This document shows, piece by piece, positions 43,703 to 52,066 of a DNA stretch of 52,066 nt. How positions within the stretch are numbered: the first letter of the stretch is position 1; the number at the start of each line of letters is the position of its first letter. Position numbers and translations under genes: made by a program. The notes below the pieces were generated by a model, which searched no databases, was not told where the DNA came from, and worked only from the letters and a program-made list of their open reading frames with translations. The stretch is from assembly GCA_937888435.1 (NCBI GenBank), contig CALAQS010000288.1, positions 1 through 52,066 of the forward strand, written 5' to 3'. Origin of the DNA: an uncultured Acidobacteriota bacterium. GTDB taxonomy: Bacteria > Acidobacteriota > Thermoanaerobaculia > UBA5066.

Positions 43703-45102
43703 CGCTCTCGCTCGGACCCGACCTGCCCGAGATCCGCTCCGCGGCGGTCTTCGGCCTCGCCCGCTCGGGCCGTGCCGCCGTGGCGGCGCTCGCCGAGCGC
43801 GGCGTCGAGGTGACCGGGACGGACTCGAAGGCCGATCTCGAGAGCCTCGCGGAACGCCCCGGCGTGCGGTATGTCCTCGGCGGGCATCCCGAGTCCCTCC
43901 TCGACGGCATCGACCTCGTTGTCGTGTCACCCGGAATCCCGCTGACGCTGCCCATTTTCGACGCGGCGCGGGCACGTGCGCTGCCCGTGGTGGCGGAGAT
44001 CGAGCTGGCCTCGCGCCTCCTGCCGGGCGTCGTCGTGGGCGTCACGGGCACGAACGGAAAGTCCACGACCACGGCGCTCGCCGCCGCGCTCCTGAAGAGC
44101 GCCGGCCATTACGCGGTGGCCTGCGGAAACTTCGGGACGCCCTGGATTCACTTCGCGACCAAGGAGGGGGCGAACGGGAGCGGCACCGCGCCGCGCACGT
44201 GGGTCGTCGAGCTGTCGTCCTTCCAGCTCGAAGGCATCCGGCGGTTCGCGCCCGACGTGGCGGTACACCTGAACCTCACGCCCGATCACCTCGACCGCTA
44301 CCGGTCGATGGACGACTACGGCGCGGCCAAGGCGCGCATCTTCGAAAATCAGCGCGAGGCGCAGGTCGCCGTGCTGAACGCGGACGACCCGCTCGTCGCG
44401 CGCGTGAGGCCGCGCGCGCGACGCCTCGCATTCTCGCGGCGAAACTCGCCGGGCATGGGCACGTGGCTCGCCGACGACCTCTTTCTCGCGGACGTGACGG
44501 GCAAGGGCCCGCGGATCGTCGCGAAGCGGTCGGATCTCGCACTGCCGGGCGCTCACAACGTCGAGAACGCGCTCGCCGCCCTCGCCGCGACGATGCCGCT
44601 CGGCGTCACGCCCGAAGCCGCCGTCGAGACGCTGCGCACGTTCCGCGGCCTGCCGCATCGGACGGCGCTCGTGCGCACGGTGAACGGCGTCGGCTACTGG
44701 AACGACTCGAAGGGCACGAACGTCGACGCGACGCTGAAGAGCCTCGAGGGATTCGAGGACCACAGGGTGCACCTCATCCTCGGCGGGAAGGACAAGGGCG
44801 ACGACTTCGCACGGCTCGGCCCGCTCGCGGTGCGCAAGGCCCGCCGAATCCTCGCCATCGGGGTGGCGGCGCCCACGATTGCGCAGGCGCTCGGAAGCCT
44901 GCCCGGCGTCGTGCTCGAGGTCAAAGGGACGCTCGAGAAGGCCGTCGAGGACGCCGCCTCCAACGCGGAGCCGGGCGACGCCGTCCTCCTGTCGCCCGCT
45001 TGCGCGTCGTTCGACCAGTTCCGCGACTTCGAGCATCGGGGTGAAGTGTTCGAGTCGCTCGTAAAAGCGCTCCCCGAGCGGACCGTCGCGGGAAGGCGCT
45101 GA
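43699..45102 (+). CDS. murD: UDP-N-acetylmuramoylalanine--D-glutamate ligase MurD
   Basis: N-terminal GLARSG Rossmann motif and P-loop VTGTNGKSTT. ATGA overlap with mraY. Confidence 0.9.
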   Translation: MTLSLGPDLPEIRSAAVFGLARSGRAAVAALAERGVEVTGTDSKADLESLAERPGVRYVLGGHPESLLDGIDLVVVSPGIPLTLPIFDAARARALPVVAEIELASRLLPGVVVGVTGTNGKSTTTALAAALLKSAGHYAVACGNFGTPWIHFATKEGANGSGTAPRTWVVELSSFQLEGIRRFAPDVAVHLNLTPDHLDRYRSMDDYGAAKARIFENQREAQVAVLNADDPLVARVRPRARRLAFSRRNSPGMGTWLADDLFLADVTGKGPRIVAKRSDLALPGAHNVENALAALAATMPLGVTPEAAVETLRTFRGLPHRTALVRTVNGVGYWNDSKGTNVDATLKSLEGFEDHRVHLILGGKDKGDDFARLGPLAVRKARRILAIGVAAPTIAQALGSLPGVVLEVKGTLEKAVEDAASNAEPGDAVLLSPACASFDQFRDFEHRGEVFESLVKALPERTVAGRR

Positions 45103-46208
45103 TGGCCCGGAAGCTCGCCTTCGACCGCCTTCTCTTCGGGTCCGTCGTGCTCCTCGTCTTCCTGGGCCTGCTCATGATCTACAGCGCCTCGGCGATGCAG
45201 ATCTACCTGCCGACCTCCGCGGCCCCGGCCGGTGCCTACTTCTTCGTGATCAAGCAGACGATCGCCGTCGTCATCGGCTCGGCCCTCGCGTTCCTGGCGA
45301 TGTCGATCGACTACCGCCGCTTGAACGACCCGCGCCTCATCGGCGCCTCGCTCGTCCTCCTCGCGGGCGCGCTCGCGGCGGTACTCTTTCGAGCTCCCGT
45401 CAACGGCGCGCGGCGCTGGCTGTCTTTCGGCATCGTCAAGTCGATCCAGCCCTCGGAGCTCGCGAAGATCGGACTCGTCATCGCGGTCGCGGCGCTGCTG
45501 TCGCGGCGGGAGCGGGAGGTCACGCATCCGACGCGGACCCTGCTCCCGATTCTTGGACTCGTCTCCCTTTTCGCGGGGCTCGTCCTCCTCGAGCCCGACT
45601 TCGGTACCGCCCTCACGTATTTCGTGATCGCCGGCGCGATGCTCTTCTTCGCCGGCCTGCCGTTGAAGTATTTTCTCGGCTCGGCGCTGCTCCTCGTGCC
45701 CACGCTCTCGGCATTCGTGTGGACGGCGCAGTACCGGCGCGACCGCCTCATGGCGTTCCTGCATCCGGAGGCAGACCCCCTCGGCCGGGGCTTTCACGCG
45801 ATCCAGTCGCTCATCGCCGTCGGCACGGGCGGCGTCACGGGCCTCGGCCTCGGGCACGGCAAGCAGAAGCTCTTCTTCCTGCCCTATCCGTACACGGACT
45901 TCATCTACGCGATCGTGGGCGAGGAGCTGGGGCTCATCGGCTGCGCCGCCGTCCTCGCGCTGTTCGGTTTCCTCTTCGCGCGCGGCGTCCGCGCCGCCGC
46001 GAACGCTCCCGACTCCTTCGGGCGGCTTATGGGGATCGGCTTCTCCGTGATGATCGTCGTGCAGGCGCTCGTCAACATCTCCGTCGTCCTTTCGCTCCTG
46101 CCCACCAAGGGGATCCCGCTGCCGTTTCTCTCGTACGGCGGGTCGGCGCTCTTCGCCGACCTTCTCGCGGTCGGGATCCTCCTCAACCTCTCGCAGCACG
46201 CGTCATGA
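45102..46208 (+). CDS. ftsW: SEDS peptidoglycan glycosyltransferase FtsW
   Basis: Motifs IQPSELAKI, EPDFGTAL, PYPYTDFIYAIVGEELG and PTKGIPLPFLSYGGS. The ATG shares 1 nt with the murD TGA (TGATG). Confidence 0.9.
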   Translation: MARKLAFDRLLFGSVVLLVFLGLLMIYSASAMQIYLPTSAAPAGAYFFVIKQTIAVVIGSALAFLAMSIDYRRLNDPRLIGASLVLLAGALAAVLFRAPVNGARRWLSFGIVKSIQPSELAKIGLVIAVAALLSRREREVTHPTRTLLPILGLVSLFAGLVLLEPDFGTALTYFVIAGAMLFFAGLPLKYFLGSALLLVPTLSAFVWTAQYRRDRLMAFLHPEADPLGRGFHAIQSLIAVGTGGVTGLGLGHGKQKLFFLPYPYTDFIYAIVGEELGLIGCAAVLALFGFLFARGVRAAANAPDSFGRLMGIGFSVMIVVQALVNISVVLSLLPTKGIPLPFLSYGGSALFADLLAVGILLNLSQHAS

Positions 46209-47299
46209 CGGAGCGGGGCTTTCTCATCGCGGGCGGAGGGACGGGCGGGCACGTCTTCCCGGCGCTCGCTCTGGCCGGCGAGATCCGGCGGCGGCGGCCG
46301 GGTGCACCCATCGTATTCGTGGGCACCGCGCGCGGGCTCGAGACGACCCTCGTGCCGAAGGCCGGCTTCCCCCTCGAGCTCGTCCGCGCGAAGGGCCTCG
46401 TGGGCAAGGGCTGGCGCGCGCGCCTCGACGGATTCCTCGCGCTGCCCCTGGCGTTCCTCGATTCGCTGCGCCTTCTCGCGCGGCACGCCCCGCGCGCCGT
46501 CGTGGGCGTCGGGGGCTATGCCTCGGGCCCGCTCGTGGCGACGGCGTGGGCGCGCCGCGTGCCGACGCTGATTCATGAACAGAACGCGGTCCCCGGCCTG
46601 ACGAACCGCCTGCTCGCGCGTGTGGCGAAACGCATCGCGGTCGGCACCGCAAGCGCAGCCGCGGCGCTGCCCGGAGCGATCGTGACGGGCAATCCGGTCC
46701 GAAAAGACTTTTTCGAGATCCCATCCCTCGTCTCGCGAGAGAAACATCGCCGTCTCCGGATTCTCGTCGTCGGCGGCAGCCAGGGCGCGCAGATCCTGAA
46801 TCGCCTCGTGCCTCCCGCGCTGGCGCGCGTCGCCGCGGCGGGGATCGCCTTCGACGTCGTGCATCAGGCGGGAAAGGACCACGCCAGTGAGGTCGTGACG
46901 TCGTACGCGAGGCTCGGCCTTCCCGCCGATCGCGCGTTCGTCCACGAATTTCTCGACGACATGGCCGCCGCGTACGCGGCCGCGGATCTCGTGGTCGCGC
47001 GCGCGGGCGCGATGACGATCGCCGAGATCGCGGCGGCCGGCCGCCCGGCGCTCCTCGTGCCGTTCGCCGCCGCGACGTACGCTCACCAGGAAGCGAACGC
47101 CCGCGCGCTCGAGTCGAGTGGCGCGGCCGTGGTTCTCACGGAGGCCGAGGCGACGGACGAGACCCTCGGAGCGGCGCTCGCGGGGCTTCTGGGCGACCCG
47201 TCGCGCCTCCTCGAGATGGGCGAGGCGGCGCGCCGCTCGGCTCTTCCGGACGCGGCTTCGCGGCTGTGCGATCTGCTGTTCGAGGTGGAGGCGGCATGA
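46205..47299 (+). CDS. murG: UDP-N-acetylglucosamine--N-acetylmuramyl-(pentapeptide) pyrophosphoryl-undecaprenol GlcNAc transferase MurG
   Basis: ORF 45719..47299 trimmed to ATG 46205 (ATGA overlap with ftsW). Motifs GGGTGGHVFPALALA and HQEANA. Confidence 0.9.
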   Translation: MTERGFLIAGGGTGGHVFPALALAGEIRRRRPGAPIVFVGTARGLETTLVPKAGFPLELVRAKGLVGKGWRARLDGFLALPLAFLDSLRLLARHAPRAVVGVGGYASGPLVATAWARRVPTLIHEQNAVPGLTNRLLARVAKRIAVGTASAAAALPGAIVTGNPVRKDFFEIPSLVSREKHRRLRILVVGGSQGAQILNRLVPPALARVAAAGIAFDVVHQAGKDHASEVVTSYARLGLPADRAFVHEFLDDMAAAYAAADLVVARAGAMTIAEIAAAGRPALLVPFAAATYAHQEANARALESSGAAVVLTEAEATDETLGAALAGLLGDPSRLLEMGEAARRSALPDAASRLCDLLFEVEAA

Positions 47300-48690
47300 A
47301 TTTCCTGAGGGTGAAGCGCCTCCATTTCGTGGGGATCGGCGGCATCGGGATGAGCGGCCTCGCCGAGCTGCTGAAGAGCGTCGGGCTCGACGTGACCGGG
47401 TCGGATCTGGCGCTCGGGGAGACGACCACGCGCCTGAGGAGCCTCGGCATAGAGGTGCACCAGGGCCACCGGGCCGAGAACACGTCCGGCGCGGACGTCG
47501 TCATCTATTCGAGCGCGGTCAACGAGAGCAACCCGGAAGTCGCCGCCGCGAGGTCCGCCGGCCTTCCCGTCATCAAGCGGGCCGAAATGCTCGCGGAGGT
47601 CATGCGCGTCAAGCGGGGAATCGCGATCTCGGGCGCGCACGGCAAGACGACGACGACGTCCATGACCGGCGCGATCCTGATGGCGGCGGGCCTCGATCCC
47701 ACGATCATCGTGGGCGGCCGCATGCGCGAGGTGGGCACGGCCCGGCTCGGGCACGGGGAATACCTCGTGGCCGAGGCCGACGAGTTCGACCGGTCGTTCC
47801 TGGCGCTCTCGCCGATGCTGGCGGTCGTCAACAACATCGACCTCGAGCATCTCGACACCTACCGCGACCTCGCGGACATCCAGGAGACGTTCGCGCGCTT
47901 CGCGCGAAGCGTGCCCTTCTTCGGCGCCGCGATCCTCGGACTGGACGATCCGAACGTGCAGGAGATCCGGCCTCTCGTCTCGCGCCGCGTCGTGACGTTC
48001 GGCCTGACGCCTCAGGCCGACGTGACGGTGCGCGACCTCGTGCTGGATCGGACGGGCTCGCGGTTCATCGCGACCGCGGGCCGCGACTTCATGGGGGCCG
48101 TCGCTCTCAAGGTGCCGGGCCTCCATAACGTGAAAAACGCGCTCGCCGCGCTCGCCGTCGCGCGCGAGCTGTCGATTCCGTTCGGGATCGCCGCCCGCGC
48201 ACTCGAGGAATTCGCGGGCGTAATCCGGCGCTTCGAGAAAAAAGGAGAGAGGGACGGCATCGTCGTGGTCGACGACTACGCGCACCACCCGACGGAGGTG
48301 GCCGCGACGCTCGCGGCCGCCCGCCAGTCGTACCCGGACCGGCGCATCGTCGCGCTCTTCCAGCCGCATCTCTACTCCCGCACGAAAGACTTCGCGGCGA
48401 CCTTCGGGGCGGTCCTTCTGAACGCGGACGTCCTGCTCGTGGCGCCGGTCTACGGCTCGCGCGAAGCGCCGAGGGAAGGCGTGACGGGCGCGCTCGTGGC
48501 CGACGCGGCGACGGCGCGCGGACACCGGGCCGTGCGTTACATCGCGGACCGCGCGGAGATCGGAAAAGCGCTGGACGAAGAGCTCAAGGGTGGCGATCTC
48601 CTGCTCACGATGGGGGCGGGCGACGTGAATCGTTTTGGAGAAGACTTTCTGAACAAAGCGCAGCAGCGCGAGGGGCGCAAAGAGACTTGA
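47296..48690 (+). CDS. murC: UDP-N-acetylmuramate--L-alanine ligase MurC
   Basis: ATG 47296 (ATGA overlap with murG). Motifs HFVGIGGIGMSGLAELL, ISGAHGKTTTTSM and DDYAHHP. Confidence 0.9.
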   Translation: MNFLRVKRLHFVGIGGIGMSGLAELLKSVGLDVTGSDLALGETTTRLRSLGIEVHQGHRAENTSGADVVIYSSAVNESNPEVAAARSAGLPVIKRAEMLAEVMRVKRGIAISGAHGKTTTTSMTGAILMAAGLDPTIIVGGRMREVGTARLGHGEYLVAEADEFDRSFLALSPMLAVVNNIDLEHLDTYRDLADIQETFARFARSVPFFGAAILGLDDPNVQEIRPLVSRRVVTFGLTPQADVTVRDLVLDRTGSRFIATAGRDFMGAVALKVPGLHNVKNALAALAVARELSIPFGIAARALEEFAGVIRRFEKKGERDGIVVVDDYAHHPTEVAATLAAARQSYPDRRIVALFQPHLYSRTKDFAATFGAVLLNADVLLVAPVYGSREAPREGVTGALVADAATARGHRAVRYIADRAEIGKALDEELKGGDLLLTMGAGDVNRFGEDFLNKAQQREGRKET

Positions 48691-49496
48691 GCTCGTTCTA
48701 CCGCCTCCCCGCCTCCCGCACCGTGCGCCCCATGCGGCGCCGCGCGGGACGGCAGCTGCTCGTGCCGGCCGTGGTTTCCCTCCTCCTCGTGATCCTCGGC
48801 CTTTCGGGCCTGCTCCTCCTGCGGACGCACCCGCGCTTCGCCGTGAATCGCGTCGTCCTCGAGGGCGTGCCGGAGGGGCGGCGGTCCGAGGCGGAAGAGC
48901 TGACGGACGGCTGGATCGGACGCCCGCTCCTCTTTCTCGATCTCGACCAGCCGGTGGCAGAGCTGTCGAAGCGCTCGTGGGTCGCGTCCGCGACGGCACG
49001 CCGCATCGTGCCGGACACGATCGCCGTGCACGTCGTGGCACGGCCGCCCGTCGCGCTCGTGGCGCGCGCCGACAAGGACGGCGAGCTCTGGACGATCGAC
49101 CGCGGAGGCAGCTTCATCGGCCCGTACACGGGCCGCGCGCTTTCGAAGAGCGACGACTTCGTGGTCCTCTCCGGCGCGTCCGACGCGGCGGCGCTCACGC
49201 GCGGCGCGAGGTTCCTCGAGGTCCTTCGGGAGGAGGATCCCGAGCTCCTGGCGCGCGTGTCCGGCATCGTCCTCGTGCCCGAGGGCTTCGCCGTGACGGA
49301 CCGCATCGCCAAGGCGGGCCTCCTCTTCGGGCTCGACGCCACGGAGCCGAAGCGCGCCGCGCCGCTGTGGCGCGCATTCCTCGCCCTCCGCCCGGAGCTC
49401 GACCGCCATTCCCTGCCCGCGACCGAGGCGGACCTGCGCTTCGCGGGACGCATCGTGCTGAAAGCGCCCGGCGACACCGGGCGCGGGAAGACCTGA
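48687..49496 (+). CDS. ftsQ: Cell division protein FtsQ (POTRA domain)
   Basis: TM helix LLVPAVVSLLLVILGLSGLLLL, then a POTRA-like segment FAVNRVVLEGV. TTG 48687 overlaps the murC TGA (TTGA). ATG 48732 is an alternative start. Confidence 0.7.
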   Translation: MSSFYRLPASRTVRPMRRRAGRQLLVPAVVSLLLVILGLSGLLLLRTHPRFAVNRVVLEGVPEGRRSEAEELTDGWIGRPLLFLDLDQPVAELSKRSWVASATARRIVPDTIAVHVVARPPVALVARADKDGELWTIDRGGSFIGPYTGRALSKSDDFVVLSGASDAAALTRGARFLEVLREEDPELLARVSGIVLVPEGFAVTDRIAKAGLLFGLDATEPKRAAPLWRAFLALRPELDRHSLPATEADLRFAGRIVLKAPGDTGRGKT

Positions 49497-49507
49497 GAGG
49501 ACCTTGG

Positions 49508-50755
49508 ATGCCGAAACCCGCTTCGTACCTCGTCAGCCTCGACATCGGATCGACGAAGGTCTGCGCCCTCATCGCTGAACCGGACGCGACGGGCCGCATC
49601 GACATCATCGGCAAGGGCACCGCCGCGCACAAGGGCGCGCGCAAGGGCGCCATCATCGACGTGCCCGTCACGGTCGATGCGATCAAGCGCGCGACGGAGG
49701 AAGCCGAGATCATGGCTGGCGCCCAGATCGAGCGCGCGGTCGTGGGCGTAGCCGGGCCGGCCGTCAAGTCGTTCAACAGCCGGCAGGTCGTCGCGGTGGC
49801 CGCGAAGAACCGCGAGATCACGCGCGAGGACATTCAGCGCTCGCTCGACGCGGCGCGCTCGGTGCCGATTCCTTCGGAGTTCGAGATCCTCCACGTCCTC
49901 CCGCGCGAGTTCGTCGTGGACGGGCAGGACGGGGTCGCCGACCCGCTCGGCATGGTGGGCAGCCGGCTCGAGGCCGACGTCCACGTCGTCACCGTGGCCG
50001 TCGCGACGACGCAGAACCTCCTGAACTGCGTGAACCGAGCGGGCGTCGAGGTGATCGAGATGGTGCTCGAGCCGCTCGCCGCGAGCGAAGCGGTGCTGAC
50101 TCCGGACGAGCGCGAGCTGGGCGTCGTCCTCGCCGACATCGGCGGCGGGACCACGGAAGTCGCCGTCTGGCGCCATGGAGCGCTCGCGCACACGTCCGTC
50201 CTGCCCGTGGGCGGGGACCACTTCACGAACGACCTCGCGGTCGTCCTGAAGACCCCCGTGCCCGACGCCGAGCGGCTCAAGCGCAAGTACGGCGCGGCGA
50301 TGGCCGCGCTCGTGAGCGAAAGCGAGTCGCTCGACGTGCCGCTCACGGGCGGGCGCGGCGTCCATCCCGTCAAGCGGCGCGAGATCGCCGAGATTCTCCA
50401 GCCGCGCGCCGAGGAGCTTCTCACGCTGCTCTGGGAGGAGTCGGTCCGGGAGGTTCCCGCGGGCGAGCTGCGCGCCGGACTCGTCCTGACGGGCGGCGGC
50501 GCCGAGCTGGACGGCCTCATGGAGGTCGCCGAGCAGGTTCTCGGTGTGGCCGTGCGCCGGGGTGTGCCGCGCGGCCTCGGCGGGCTGACGGACGTCATCG
50601 CCTCGCCGGAATGGGCCTGTGCGGCGGGTCTCCTGCTCTACGGCCGCGGCACGGCCGCCGCGTCGAGGAAGCGCTCGCGCAGCACCGGTCCGGGCCTTCT
50701 CGAGAAGCTCAAAGGCTCCCTCAAGAACTTATTTCCCGCGTCAACCGCTCTGTGA
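49508..50755 (+). CDS. ftsA: Cell division protein FtsA
   Basis: ORF 48977..50755 trimmed to ATG 49508. Actin-fold phosphate motifs [14 protein letters not shown] and [12 protein letters not shown]. Confidence 0.9.
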   Translation: MPKPASYLVSLDIGSTKVCALIAEPDATGRIDIIGKGTAAHKGARKGAIIDVPVTVDAIKRATEEAEIMAGAQIERAVVGVAGPAVKSFNSRQVVAVAAKNREITREDIQRSLDAARSVPIPSEFEILHVLPREFVVDGQDGVADPLGMVGSRLEADVHVVTVAVATTQNLLNCVNRAGVEVIEMVLEPLAASEAVLTPDERELGVVLADIGGGTTEVAVWRHGALAHTSVLPVGGDHFTNDLAVVLKTPVPDAERLKRKYGAAMAALVSESESLDVPLTGGRGVHPVKRREIAEILQPRAEELLTLLWEESVREVPAGELRAGLVLTGGGAELDGLMEVAEQVLGVAVRRGVPRGLGGLTDVIASPEWACAAGLLLYGRGTAAASRKRSRSTGPGLLEKLKGSLKNLFPASTAL

Positions 50756-50774
50756 TATCGATGGAGGGAAGAAC

Positions 50775-51971
50775 ATGATCCTTTTCGACGACGAGCCCGG
50801 GCCGTCGCTCCCGATCTCCCTGAATGACGAGGTTCCTCCTCCCGCGAAGATCAAGGTCGTGGGCGTGGGCGGGGGCGGCGGCAACGCCGTCAACCGCATG
50901 ATCCAGGCCGGCATCAAAGGGATCGAGTTCGTGGCCGCGAACACCGATCTCCAGGTGCTGCGCGTGAACCGCGCCTCGACGAAGCTCCAGCTCGGCCTCA
51001 CGACTTCGCGAGGCATGGGCGCGGGATCGAACCCCGAGGTCGGCCGCAATGCCGCGCTCGAGGACGCCGAGAGGATCACGCAGGTCCTCACGGGCTCGGA
51101 CATGGTCTTCGTGACGGCCGGCATGGGTGGCGGGACGGGCACGGGCGCGGCGCCGATCGTGGCGCGGCTCGCGTCCGAAGCGGGCGCACTCGTCGTCGCC
51201 ATCGTCTCGAAGCCGTTCTCCTTCGAAGGGCGTCGGAAGCTGCGCTACGCCGAAGACGGCATCGCGGAGCTGCGCGAGTACGTCGACACGCTCATCACGA
51301 TCCCGAACGAGCGCCTCTACTCGTTCGTGGAGCGGAACGTGACGACCTGGGAGGCGTTCCGCATCGCGGACGACGTGCTCCGGCAGGCCGTACAGGGCAT
51401 CAGCGACCTCATCACGGTGCCCGGCGTCGTGAACCTCGACTTCGCCGACGTGAAGACCGTCATGGAGAACATGGGCATGGCTCTCATGGGCACGGGCACG
51501 GCGTCGGGCGAGCACCGGGCCGTCGAGGCCGCGCAGCGCGCGATCTCGAACCCGCTCCTCGAAGAGCAGTCCATCCAGGGCGCGCGCGCCATCCTCATCA
51601 ACGTGACCGGCGGCGACGACCTCACGCTCGCCGAGGTGAACGAGGCGTGCGCGATCATCCAGCAGGCGGCGGACGAGGAGGCGAACGTCATCTTCGGCCT
51701 CGTCCTGGACAAGGACATGAAGGACGAGGTCAAGATCAGCGTCATCGCGACGGGTTTCGACGCGCCGGCGGCGCTCGCTTCGCGCCGCGAGGTTTCGCTG
51801 CCCGTCACGCCGAGCGGTGCGCGGCCGGCAGCCGAGAGGGAGCGCGTGCGCACGGCTCCCGAGACGCCGATCCCGGAGGATCAGGGCTACGGCGTGAACC
51901 TCATCAACGTGCGCGACCCGCGCGAGGACATTTTCGACATCCCGACGTTCCTGAGAAGGCAGATGGACTGA
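50775..51971 (+). CDS. ftsZ: Cell division GTPase FtsZ
   Basis: ORF 50619..51971 trimmed to ATG 50775, with GGAGG 7 nt upstream. Motifs [13 protein letters not shown] and the tubulin signature [15 protein letters not shown]-terminal peptide DIPTFLRRQ. Confidence 0.95.
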   Translation: MILFDDEPGPSLPISLNDEVPPPAKIKVVGVGGGGGNAVNRMIQAGIKGIEFVAANTDLQVLRVNRASTKLQLGLTTSRGMGAGSNPEVGRNAALEDAERITQVLTGSDMVFVTAGMGGGTGTGAAPIVARLASEAGALVVAIVSKPFSFEGRRKLRYAEDGIAELREYVDTLITIPNERLYSFVERNVTTWEAFRIADDVLRQAVQGISDLITVPGVVNLDFADVKTVMENMGMALMGTGTASGEHRAVEAAQRAISNPLLEEQSIQGARAILINVTGGDDLTLAEVNEACAIIQQAADEEANVIFGLVLDKDMKDEVKISVIATGFDAPAALASRREVSLPVTPSGARPAAERERVRTAPETPIPEDQGYGVNLINVRDPREDIFDIPTFLRRQMD

Positions 51972-52066
51972 TTTTGGTCCTTGGCGAGGATCAGAACACG
52001 GTCTCGCGCGCGCCGCGCGGCGGGGCCTGCCGTCTGCTCATGCTTTCTTCGGAAAGATGCCCCGGC

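Noticed and set aside
51972-52066. A possible 3' end of a convergent minus-strand gene after ftsZ (…ARETVF* reading from about 51993)
   Set aside because: Fewer than 30 codons lie inside the window and no motif is present, so it cannot be supported.
1-52066. Scan for CRISPR arrays, tRNA/rRNA genes, IS elements, integrases, toxin-antitoxin pairs and known defence-system hallmarks
   Set aside because: No spaced direct-repeat arrays are present. Apart from 15221..15573 (353 nt, no tRNA-like T-loop such as GGTTCGA), intergenic regions are about 200 nt or shorter, and none has tRNA-like features. No transposase, recombinase or nuclease-type motifs were seen in any plausible CDS. The absence was judged by eye only.

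Overview
About 52 kb of roughly 70% GC bacterial chromosome. The gene content hints at an Acidobacteriota-like lineage, but that is inference only. I saw no rRNA, tRNA, CRISPR array, transposase or integrase. The right part (37.0-52.0 kb) is a very compact dcw cell-division and cell-wall cluster: mraZ-rsmH-ftsL-ftsI-murE-mraY-murD-ftsW-murG-murC-ftsQ-ftsA-ftsZ. Almost every junction is a stop/start overlap, and murF, murB and ddl are absent. The cluster is preceded by rnd, two periplasmic PPIases and mfd. The left and middle parts look accessory. They hold an M14 carboxypeptidase, a GT-C-like membrane protein, an FHA protein, glycerate kinase, a 7Fe ferredoxin, a POT transporter and a DUF2339 giant membrane protein. 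They also hold three giant secreted proteins: a BNR-like propeller with a duplicated C-terminal module, a protein of about 15 CarboxypepD_reg-like repeats, and a gluzincin-thioredoxin-TPR fusion. Small stress-type proteins (DUF883, DUF4337, an RRM/glycine-rich RNA-binding protein, a DUF1345-like protein) are scattered among them. The most system-like candidate is a four-gene translationally coupled operon at 25.9-30.2 kb on the minus strand: nonahaem cytochrome c, FdnI/HydC-type cytochrome b, a Cache/HAMP/HisKA_3 kinase and a NarL-type regulator. I read it as a split CbcL-like quinol/periplasm electron-transfer module wired to a two-component system. Two tandem paralogous small membrane proteins sit next to it behind a phased TCCGG array. 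Other items worth a second look are a 93-aa Trp/Phe-Gly pentapeptide-repeat mini-protein coupled by a TTGA overlap to an orphan protein, a low-GC atypical-codon patch inside murE, an ftsI with no canonical start codon, and a four-box 10-bp-phased GTGG MraZ-type operator. All family calls come from motif reading by eye. No database search was possible.
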